Assembly (NCBI GenBank): GCA_002789955.1
Contig: PFUG01000420.1
Location: 11,569-75,568, forward strand
Reading direction: 5' to 3'
DNA from: Deltaproteobacteria bacterium CG_4_9_14_3_um_filter_63_12
GTDB lineage: Bacteria > Myxococcota_A > Bradymonadia > UBA4248 > UM-FILTER-63-12
DNA length: 64,000 nucleotides
Positions within the stretch are counted from its first letter, which is position 1; every line of letters begins with the position of its first letter. The translations under genes and the position numbers were made by a program. Of the stretch, positions 56,551 through 64,000 are shown in pieces. A model generated the notes under the pieces. The model was given only the letters and a program-made list of their open reading frames with translations. It was not told the origin of the DNA and ran no database searches.

Positions 56551-57081
56551 TCAGGAGAACTTGAGTTGATCGACCAAACTCTTCAACGACTCGTAGTAGG
56601 TATCTCGCTTGGCGTCTTCGAAGTAGCCAATGACCAAGAACGCTGAGTCGTCTTTGGTGAAACTGAAGACAACGACACGCAGCTTGAGGCCCGTGTGTTC
56701 GAAACTGTACTCGGTCTGCTTGCCGTCAATCGCCCCGATCTTGGTGTCGGTGGCCGCCGAATACTCGACGAAATCCGCGCCGAGAAGTGATTGGTGAAAG
56801 GTGTCGAAAAACACCTGCGTCATGTCGCTGTTGATCAGCTTCGTCCCGATCACCTCGAGCTGGCTGCCGCTCTCGGCGTGCCGGTAGCTCGCGATGGACT
56901 TGTCGTTGCCGGGCAGCTTCACCAGCTCCCACCCTTCAGGCGGGGAGACAGTGACACCCAAGAGGTCGTTGACAACGGGTTGTCCGTCGTTCTGGGCGAT
57001 CAACTGGGTCGAAGTGAAGACCAGTGACAACACGACAGCCAACATCAGCCCACTACGTTTCGTCGCAATTGGCTTCATCAA
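56551..57081 (-). CDS. Small secreted protein, first gene of the cyclase operon
   Basis: Signal peptide MMKPIATKRSGLMLAVVLSLVFTSTQLIAQ. 176 aa with no recognisable domain. Its stop lies 3 nt before the cyclase start. Confidence 0.4.
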   Translation of the reverse strand: MMKPIATKRSGLMLAVVLSLVFTSTQLIAQNDGQPVVNDLLGVTVSPPEGWELVKLPGNDKSIASYRHAESGSQLEVIGTKLINSDMTQVFFDTFHQSLLGADFVEYSAATDTKIGAIDGKQTEYSFEHTGLKLRVVVFSFTKDDSAFLVIGYFEDAKRDTYYESLKSLVDQLKFS

Positions 57082-57251
57082 AGGGCCTCCTCTTCCTGCT
57101 GCATCAAGTGATATCGCTCATCTGCAAAACCTGCGTAGGAACTCCCACTGCTGGATAGCATCGTTGCTCGACCATCGCAAGACACGCCAATCGGCGGCGG
57201 CACTCTTGTACAACATCGAGACCCACCCCCGGCGGCCACCAACCTCCATGA

Positions 57252-58979
57252 TCATCTGGGACCACGTCGCTTCTTCCTCGTATCCCGGGATTGGAATGCC
57301 TCGAGGGCCTCGATGAGTGTGTCGTGCTCAACGGCCATGGGCCGCAGACGCTCGGCGCGGGGCGCGCGATCCGATTCGATGTCAGAGCGGAACTCTACGG
57401 GTTCAGACTCCCTTGTACACCAGCGGTAGATCTTCAGCTCGTCCTCGTCCCAACGGTAGAGTCCATAGGTGAGCGGTGACCGACAGTGGGGATCGTGCCG
57501 CTCACGACGTTCGGGAGATATCCAAGCTCCAGTGTTCACATAGAAGCGCGGCGGATCTCGCTTGAGTTGATGAAACTCTGGGTAGTGTGAGTGCCCCATC
57601 ACCACATAACGAACATCGATCAGGCGGTGGATTTGTTCGGCGGCTTGAAGGAGTTTTGGTGATACTGAAGTCGACAGTCGCCCTTCCGAGAACGACGCCA
57701 CCAGTGCCGTGGTGCCGAACCACGCAAAGATCGTGAGAAAACCTATGGCGAGGAGCATCAGCAGCCGAACACCACTGCTGAAAAGTCCGGACCCAAAGCC
57801 ACTCAAGACATCGGCGAAGACCCCCACCGCGAGGATCCACAGCACTACCGAACCGATCGCCAAACCCAGCAGGTATTTGTCGAGCGCCGTCACTTGAATC
57901 GTTCGCCAAAGAGACTGCTCGATCGGCAATCGCCGGCTTCGACTGACCTCCTGCAGCGCTTTTACGGGAATCTTGTAGTGGACGGCCTCAACTTCGAGGA
58001 GTCGATCGTGCTCGTCCGTCAGCGCCTGCGACGGAGCATTTTGCTGAACGTCCCGCGTATAGTTCCAAACTCGGCTGAACAACGATCCATAGAGGAACAC
58101 GACCTTCGCGACGTTCCGCGCCCCCTGGTCGCGCAGCCAATGCACGTAATCGAGCAGGGTCCAGTTGTCCTTGTCGTGGCTTTGAAAGCCTGTGTATTGA
58201 TTCACGAAGTAACGGATGATGAGGTGCGACAACGGCATCGCGATCTGGCTCTCTCGCTCCACCATCAGCGGCCTCAGACGACGGTCAAAGCTCGAAAAGT
58301 CGTCGTACTGGTTCCCGTGCTCGATGTAGAGCCGACCAGGGATGTGCAAAAACCATTGATGAAAAGTGACTCGATTGACGAAGTCCTCTTCGTTCACGCC
58401 TTCGACGCGCTCGCCGCCGAAGTACGACTCCGTCAACAGCTCGACAAAACGCCCCTGCACCGAGGGCCAGAAGAACTCGACGTCGTGGTTCCCATACAGC
58501 ATTTCGAGGCGATTCCCCTTCGCCACGAAATCTGCGAGGAACGTAAAGAGCCGCTTATGACGCTCCGCGATGTGTTCCAGCTTCCAAACACACTTTGCGG
58601 CACTGTTGTCCAAACCGAATCTGAGCTCGTCGTCGGAGTACTCGAACTCTGGATTGGACGCGATCTCCTTGCGGGAGGGCATGAAGGTCACGGCGAGGAA
58701 ATCGATGAAGTCCCCGTTGATCACGAGCCGCCAGGGCCGATCGGCGACGCGGTGATTGCCGTGGTACTCGAGGAATGCACACAACTCGCGATCCAACGAG
58801 TCCGCCCGTTTGACGTATTCGATCCGGTCGAAGTTCTTGGAGTGCTCACCGACGTGATGGTCACTGCAAATCAGCACAGACCAGGGCTCTGCTGAGCCAG
58901 TCTGCACCTCGCCTGCACTCTGCTTACTCTTCCGAATTTCTCGCAGGGTCTTGACCATCCGTGTCCATCTTCGTCCCAA
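57252..58979 (-). CDS. Calcineurin-like metallophosphoesterase with an inserted transmembrane hairpin
   Basis: Phosphoesterase motifs ICSDHHVG (DxH), INGDFIDF (GDxxD), YGNHD (GNHD/E) and VVMGHSH (GHxH). Two or three hydrophobic helices (LGLAIGSVVLWILAVGVFADVL; LLMLLAIGFLTIFAWFGTTALVA) interrupt the fold before the last His motif. Confidence 0.55.
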   Translation of the reverse strand: MGRRWTRMVKTLREIRKSKQSAGEVQTGSAEPWSVLICSDHHVGEHSKNFDRIEYVKRADSLDRELCAFLEYHGNHRVADRPWRLVINGDFIDFLAVTFMPSRKEIASNPEFEYSDDELRFGLDNSAAKCVWKLEHIAERHKRLFTFLADFVAKGNRLEMLYGNHDVEFFWPSVQGRFVELLTESYFGGERVEGVNEEDFVNRVTFHQWFLHIPGRLYIEHGNQYDDFSSFDRRLRPLMVERESQIAMPLSHLIIRYFVNQYTGFQSHDKDNWTLLDYVHWLRDQGARNVAKVVFLYGSLFSRVWNYTRDVQQNAPSQALTDEHDRLLEVEAVHYKIPVKALQEVSRSRRLPIEQSLWRTIQVTALDKYLLGLAIGSVVLWILAVGVFADVLSGFGSGLFSSGVRLLMLLAIGFLTIFAWFGTTALVASFSEGRLSTSVSPKLLQAAEQIHRLIDVRYVVMGHSHYPEFHQLKRDPPRFYVNTGAWISPERRERHDPHCRSPLTYGLYRWDEDELKIYRWCTRESEPVEFRSDIESDRAPRAERLRPMAVEHDTLIEALEAFQSRDTRKKRRGPR

Positions 58980-58998
58980 CCATCAGGGATGGGGAACT

Positions 58999-60750
58999 TC
59001 AATCGATGCCGAGCTGATCGCGGGTGAAGAACGCGTCCTCGCGGCCATCGTAACGAGCCCGCTGAGGCAACTCGAACAAAGCGAGAACCGCCTCGTATCC
59101 GTCCTCTTCGCCGAACAGTCTGGACAAACGACGGCTGACGCCGACCAAGGATGGGAAGTCGGCCGCATACGGCGTCTCGATGAACCCGAGCCTGAAGGCC
59201 TTCTCGCGTACGGCTGGTAAGGGCACGACCGACACCTCTTTCAGGTCCTCATTCGGCCAGACGCCCATCGCATGCAGCTCCCGTGCGATCCAGATCACTT
59301 CGTAGGTGAGGTTGAAGGCGCCCAGATGTTGCCAAAGCTGCCCGATGACAACGTCCGCGCTCTGCTGTGCAAAAGCCTGTACTCCCTCGTCTTTGAGCTC
59401 CTTAATCGCGCGCCGGAAAAGGAGGAAGTAGTGGAGGTTTCCGAACACCTCCGGGCGACCACCAAGTCCTCCCTTGAACAGCGCCTCCAAGACCGAATCG
59501 ATGCTCTTGCGGCTCTTGAACGCGTTGACAAAGAATCCCATCTGGTCGAGCAAGCCAAAAGCTTCGCCGCCACGGGCGACGTTTAGCCTTCCTTGATGGC
59601 GAAACAGGGAGACGGCGAGACAGGACAGCCTGAAGAGCTCGAAGCTGGGATCTTCCGCATACTTTTCGGCGGTAAATCCGTAGCTCGCGGCGCTCAGCCG
59701 GCGCCCACCGGGACGTCCTCGCCAAAATGCCCTCAGCGCCGCTAGATTCTGCGCCACCAACTCCTCGTCCGGACGGAGCTGTGCGAGCCGAGATGCGAGG
59801 GCGGGGGCGGGCTCACCAAAGGGATCCACGTCCTCTTCCTCGTCCGCTTCCTGGAAGACCTCGCTGATGAGACGCAACGGGAGGTCGTCGCTTCCTGGCG
59901 CAATGGGCTGAACCAGAACCTGAACGGTCTCCACCCCCGGCTCGATCACCACACGAGGCTCGGCGAAGGAAGCGTGCGCGTGGGCTCTTGGCGCAGCCTG
60001 GGCCGCACCAGCTACGGGGGATGGCGCTGACTGCATCTCAACGGGGGCCTCGACCGCGCGAGGCGTCACGCCGGGGGCAATGAATTCGGGCTCAATAGAG
60101 TCCTCGCCGAACTCTGGCTCCTCGACAGGCTGCGGAGCCTTGGCCGACTCCTCGTCCTCCCCTTTATCCTCGTCGTCTGCGTCGTCGCCGCCGTCCTCGT
60201 CTTCCAAGATCTCATCGACATCAATGGTCTTGATGTAGTTCATGGCCTCTTCGCCCAGGGCACTTAGGCCCCAGCGAATCCCGATCATCTTGATGTGCTC
60301 GCTGGCTTGCAGCCAAGCCATCCAGGCACGGAAGTTCACAAGGGTGATGTACTCGCCTGGGTAGACGTAGCTGGTGATGAACCGATAGAGCTCGTTCGTC
60401 GAGTAGAGGCGCTCCGCCAAGCCATCAATCACGTACTTGACCAAGATCTCGTTCATCTTGGCCAGGTGCCCAAAGAGGAGGCGATGGCGCTCCTCGGGCG
60501 TGCCGCATTCGTAAAGCCTCGTCATGAATTTTCCGAGGACGATGGACTTACCCTTGGTTGCCGTAATTCCGAGGAATTGCAGCATGTCACTCAAGCTATC
60601 CTTGTCGAAGAGGTCGTGCTCTCGAAGGTAGCGTTTGAAATCTTTGAAGTCGGGGTCGTGTCCGCTCACGTATTGGTGGATCGAGACGAGTTTCGGAATG
60701 AAATCCGCAGGTTTGCTGCTCGGCATTTGGACGAAATTGACGATCTGCAT
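58999..60750 (-). CDS. Hypothetical protein (two folded regions joined by an acidic disordered linker)
   Basis: 583 aa with no recognisable motif. A central Asp/Glu-rich tract (EDEDGGDDADDEDKGEDEE) and Pro/Ala-rich linker separate an about 170-aa N-terminal domain from an about 300-aa C-terminal domain. Confidence 0.35.
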   Translation of the reverse strand: MQIVNFVQMPSSKPADFIPKLVSIHQYVSGHDPDFKDFKRYLREHDLFDKDSLSDMLQFLGITATKGKSIVLGKFMTRLYECGTPEERHRLLFGHLAKMNEILVKYVIDGLAERLYSTNELYRFITSYVYPGEYITLVNFRAWMAWLQASEHIKMIGIRWGLSALGEEAMNYIKTIDVDEILEDEDGGDDADDEDKGEDEESAKAPQPVEEPEFGEDSIEPEFIAPGVTPRAVEAPVEMQSAPSPVAGAAQAAPRAHAHASFAEPRVVIEPGVETVQVLVQPIAPGSDDLPLRLISEVFQEADEEEDVDPFGEPAPALASRLAQLRPDEELVAQNLAALRAFWRGRPGGRRLSAASYGFTAEKYAEDPSFELFRLSCLAVSLFRHQGRLNVARGGEAFGLLDQMGFFVNAFKSRKSIDSVLEALFKGGLGGRPEVFGNLHYFLLFRRAIKELKDEGVQAFAQQSADVVIGQLWQHLGAFNLTYEVIWIARELHAMGVWPNEDLKEVSVVPLPAVREKAFRLGFIETPYAADFPSLVGVSRRLSRLFGEEDGYEAVLALFELPQRARYDGREDAFFTRDQLGID

Positions 60751-60883
60751 GGCGGCCTTTCGCTCCTCGAAGAAAATGAACTTTTGAGGGCCGAATCGAG
60801 TCAGGATTTCGAACCCACGTCAAGCGTCGAAACCGATGACGAGACTTCGGTGGTGCTGTGACTCCACACATACCCCGCTACTA

Positions 60884-60922
60884 AAAAAGGCGCACCCAGT
60901 TCTGGGTGCGCCTTTGTTGTTT
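60884..60922 (-). terminator. Rho-independent terminator downstream of the multi-DsbA gene (bidirectional architecture)
   Basis: Plus strand ctaaaaaa-GGCGCACCCAG-ttct-GGGTGCGCC-tttgttgttt. On the minus strand the stem is followed by TTTTTT, and it lies 15-50 nt downstream of the stop at 60937. Confidence 0.7.
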
Positions 60923-60936
60923 CGAATCGAACTTGG

Positions 60937-63639
60937 CTACTTCGCGGCGGCCAGGGCGGCGTCGATCTCGGCCTTGAAGGCCTCGAATGGCTGCGCACCA
61001 ACGAACTTCTTGCCGTTGATCAGGAAACTCGGAGTTCCAGAGATCCCAGCGCCTTTGGCCTGAGCGCCGTCGCTCTGGATCGTGGCTTTGAACTTTCCGC
61101 TGTCGAGAGCGGCGCGGAACTTGACCATATCGAGACCCAACTGCCCTGCGTAGGCCTCGAGATTCTCCCGCTTGATGGCTCTTTGGTTGGCGAAGAGGAT
61201 GTCGTGGTATTCCCAGAACTTGCCCTGCTCGTGCGCGGCGAGTGCGGCCTCTGCGGCCAAGGGGGCATCCTCGTGGAATTCAAGAGGCATCTGCTTGAAG
61301 ACGATCTTGACGTCGTTCGGGTAGGACTCGTGGATCTGTTTGAAGGTGGGAAGGACCTTTGAGCAGAAGGGGCATTGGAAGTCACTGAACTCGATGATCG
61401 TCACCTTGGCACTCGCTGGTCCCTTGATCGGCGAGCCTTTGATATCGACTTCGACGGGGGCCGGGGCTTGAGTCTTCTCGCTGGAGATGATCGTCTCGTA
61501 GAGCTTGTCCTTGGCGACGCCCTTCGCGAGGTAGTCTTGGGCAGTCTTGTACTCGCGGTCCAGAGCCGCCTGGAAAGACGCCAGCGGCTGTGCTCCCGAG
61601 AAGCGAGTCCCATTGATGAAGAAGTGAGGGGTTCCCCGAACGCCAACCTTGCCAGCGGCGGCCTTGTCGGCCTCGATCACCTTGTCCAGCTCTGCATTGT
61701 CGAGGTCTGCCTCGAACTTGGCCATGTTGAGCTGCAGTTGCTGCGCATAGGAGACCAAGTTATCGCGTCCGAGCGCCTTCTGATTCTTGAACAACATGTC
61801 GTGGTACTCCCAGAACTTCCCTTGTTTGTTCGCCGCGACAGCTGCCCTCGCGGCCAGTGGGGCGCTCTTGTGGAACTCCAGCGGGAAATGCTTGAAGACG
61901 ATCTTGACCTTGCCAGGATTCTTCTCGAGGAGCTCCTTCAAAGTCTCCGCTCCACGGCTGCAGAAGGGACATTCGAAGTCACTGAACTCAACGATAGTGA
62001 CCGGAGCATTCTTGTCGCCAATGACTGGGCTGTCGCCCACGACCACCAAATGGCGACCATCGTCTTCGGGTGCCTCTGCGGCCTGTGGCGGTGCGGCTTC
62101 CTTCGGCGCGCTCAGGACCAACGCCTTGTAGAGATTTTCGCCAGTCAGGCCTTTGGCCTTCGACAGGGCATCGGCTCGCTTGATCTCCTCATCAATGATC
62201 TTCTTGAAGTTCTCGGTGGGCTGCGCCCCAACGAACTTGCGTCCGTTGATCAAGAAACTCGGCGTTCCGGTGATTCCGAACTTGCGACCATCGGCCAAAT
62301 GGGTCGCGATCGTGGTTTCGTACTTTTTGGAGTCCAAGGCCGCTCTGAACTTGGCCATGTTCAAGCCGAGCTGCTCTGCGTACTTCTCCAAGTCCGCCCG
62401 TTGGATGGCCTTCTGGTTGGCGAAGAGCAGGTCGTGGTACTGCCAGAACTTGCCCTGCTCGTGGGCGGCCAGCGCGGCTTGTGCGGCGAGCGGCGCGTCC
62501 TTGTGGAAGTCTAGGGGGAACATCGCGAAGGCGACGCGGACGTCGTTCGGATAGGCCTTGAGGAGCTCCTCGACGGTCGGATTGACCTTGCCGCAGAAGG
62601 GGCATTGGAAATCACTGAATGCGAGGATCGTAACCTTGCCATTTGGCGCGCCTTTCACGGGCAGCGTCGAGATGTCGGGACCCACTCCACCTGCAGTCTC
62701 CTGCCCTGTGGGCAGCGCTGCGGACGGCTGGGGCTGTTCGTTTCCGCCACCGGCCTCCACAACCTCAGGACGTCCACCGCGATCGGCGGCGACTGCATCT
62801 TCAGCAAGGGACGGCCCCGTCTTGATCCCATCGGCGAGGCTGCGGTTGGCCCACACGGCGTAGCTGTAATAGCCATTGGCGCTCTCGAGGAGGTCGTTGG
62901 ACTTGGAGAGTTCCTCGTCGATGATCTGCTTCACCGAGGGGTAGGAGACGCCCTGCTTGAAGGAAACCTTGCGGCCGTTGACGAAGATCGATGGCGTCGA
63001 ACGCAGACCCAATCCCTCGGCGAGTTGCGTATCGCGCTCGAGCGCGGCCTCGGCTTCCTTGGAGTTCATGTCGGCGAGGAACTTCTTGTCGTCGAGGTTG
63101 AGGTCTTTGGCGTAGCCGACCAACTTGTCACTCTTCAAGAAACTGTTGAAATCGGCCTCGAACCCCTTCGCGTCCTTGCGGTCGGTGGGGAAGGCATCGA
63201 AGACCTTGTCGTGGAATTCCCAAAACTTCCCTTGCTGACCAGCGGCCCAAGCGGCCTGCGCAGCGAGGCGAGCATCCGGATGCGTCGAGAGCGGGAGGTT
63301 CTTCCAGATGATGCGGACGTTGTCCTCACCATATTCACGCATGGCGCTGTTGATGAGCGCATCAGAGGCGGCGCGACAGGCTGTGCACTGGAAATCGCCG
63401 AACTCGACAATTGTGACGGGGGCCTTGTGTGAGCCCTTGGCGGGAGAGCCCTTCACTGGAAGGAGCTCGGAATCCACCGTCACCTTTGCCAACTCGGCGC
63501 TCGAGTCGGGGACGCTCGTGATACTGGGCGGGGAGGCTATGAAGTAGCCGATGAGAAAGGCAACCACGGCGGTCACGACGAAGCCAACTACGGCGACGAT
63601 TGGACTTAACCGTTTCTCCTCTGGACCCTGATGTGCCAT
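60937..63639 (-). CDS. Membrane-anchored protein with four tandem DsbA-like thioredoxin-fold domains
   Basis: N-terminal TM anchor (IVAVVGFVVTAVVAFLIGYFI). Four about 200-aa repeats each contain a CxxC thioredoxin active site in the same context (VEFGDFQCTAC; LAFSDFQCPFC; VEFSDFECPFC; IEFSDFQCPFC). Each is followed by ...HKDAPLAA.AALAA..QGKFWEYHD..F and ...GTPSFLINGKKFVGAQP. Confidence 0.65.
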   Translation of the reverse strand: MAHQGPEEKRLSPIVAVVGFVVTAVVAFLIGYFIASPPSITSVPDSSAELAKVTVDSELLPVKGSPAKGSHKAPVTIVEFGDFQCTACRAASDALINSAMREYGEDNVRIIWKNLPLSTHPDARLAAQAAWAAGQQGKFWEFHDKVFDAFPTDRKDAKGFEADFNSFLKSDKLVGYAKDLNLDDKKFLADMNSKEAEAALERDTQLAEGLGLRSTPSIFVNGRKVSFKQGVSYPSVKQIIDEELSKSNDLLESANGYYSYAVWANRSLADGIKTGPSLAEDAVAADRGGRPEVVEAGGGNEQPQPSAALPTGQETAGGVGPDISTLPVKGAPNGKVTILAFSDFQCPFCGKVNPTVEELLKAYPNDVRVAFAMFPLDFHKDAPLAAQAALAAHEQGKFWQYHDLLFANQKAIQRADLEKYAEQLGLNMAKFRAALDSKKYETTIATHLADGRKFGITGTPSFLINGRKFVGAQPTENFKKIIDEEIKRADALSKAKGLTGENLYKALVLSAPKEAAPPQAAEAPEDDGRHLVVVGDSPVIGDKNAPVTIVEFSDFECPFCSRGAETLKELLEKNPGKVKIVFKHFPLEFHKSAPLAARAAVAANKQGKFWEYHDMLFKNQKALGRDNLVSYAQQLQLNMAKFEADLDNAELDKVIEADKAAAGKVGVRGTPHFFINGTRFSGAQPLASFQAALDREYKTAQDYLAKGVAKDKLYETIISSEKTQAPAPVEVDIKGSPIKGPASAKVTIIEFSDFQCPFCSKVLPTFKQIHESYPNDVKIVFKQMPLEFHEDAPLAAEAALAAHEQGKFWEYHDILFANQRAIKRENLEAYAGQLGLDMVKFRAALDSGKFKATIQSDGAQAKGAGISGTPSFLINGKKFVGAQPFEAFKAEIDAALAAAK

Positions 63640-64000
63640 GAAAACACTCCTCTCTTGTTTGTCCGCGAATTCCGCCGGACAGAATGATGGTTGGCCTCTC
63701 GCTACACGATATGGGTTGTGAACTCACTCGGTCGAGCGAGGACATCTCATGAAAAATGAACATTACTCGCTACAGAAACACGGGCCGGCTCGTGCTGAAC
63801 ACGCCGCTCGACGCACTCATCCGTACGCCTGAGTCGGCAGTCATCATGCCACGCAAGTTTCGGTCTCGAGAGCACACTCAGAAGTCATCGGGGGGGGCGG
63901 TAGAGCCTGCTGACAACGGACTTCGGATTGAGTGTGCAGTGGAGTATGCCCCTCTCGGACTCCTCCTCGGAGCCCCGTAGAGGCTGATGCTCCGTGCCGT

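Noticed and set aside
57152-57168. TGGATAGCATCGTTGCT, a sigma-54 promoter-like sequence
   Set aside because: The GG-to-GC spacing is one nt too long. It also points rightward into the antisense of the metallophosphoesterase gene rather than toward any start codon.
61375-63432. Plus-strand ORFs 61375-62514 and 62605-63432
   Set aside because: They are antisense to the multi-DsbA gene, whose four CxxC repeats define the true frame.
1-64000. Mobile elements, prophage and CRISPR
   Set aside because: No transposase, integrase, phage structural gene or repeat-spacer array was seen. The only repeats are the REP-like element and one local segmental duplication.

Overview
This is a 64-kb, high-GC (about 62-65%) window that looks chromosomal. 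It is densely packed with lipoprotein and secreted-protein genes, a Hanks-type Ser/Thr kinase, a PP2C phosphatase, a sigma-54 activator and a MYXO-CTERM-like sorting tail. That gene content points to a Myxococcota-like (delta-proteobacterial) genome, but the taxonomic assignment is inference.

Features I can support directly from the sequence:
- About 40 CDS, including a truncated SMUG1-like uracil-DNA glycosylase (3-587), a thiolase plus DUF35 pair, MTA phosphorylase, SspB, ClpX, Hsp33, a Nif3-family protein, a cyclophilin, an M23/LysM peptidase, and an RND exporter with a LolA-like partner and an outer-membrane barrel.
- One tRNA-Thr(CGT) on the minus strand at 6541-6613, and three rho-independent terminators.
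- A previously unannotated family of 70-75 bp palindromic intergenic repeats, four copies, all between genes.
- A roughly 370-bp segmental duplication carrying the 5' half of a HAD phosphatase gene.
- Two short candidate operator elements (a palindrome upstream of the sigma-54 activator gene, and tandem direct repeats in a divergent promoter).

The strongest candidate for a novel system is a three-gene cAMP module: a secreted protein, a membrane adenylate cyclase with a periplasmic sensor domain, and a PP2C phosphatase fused to a cyclic-nucleotide-binding domain. A second candidate is a sigma-54 activator translationally coupled to a Hanks kinase. Other notable items are a 1443-codon surface lipoprotein ORF that contains an internal MYXO-CTERM-like tail directly followed by a new lipoprotein signal (one base from a stop codon), a convergent pair of TMTC-like membrane glycosyltransferase paralogs, and a membrane protein with four tandem DsbA-like domains.

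No transposase, integrase, phage gene or CRISPR array was recognised. Many long antisense ORFs in the track are GC-driven shadows and were rejected.
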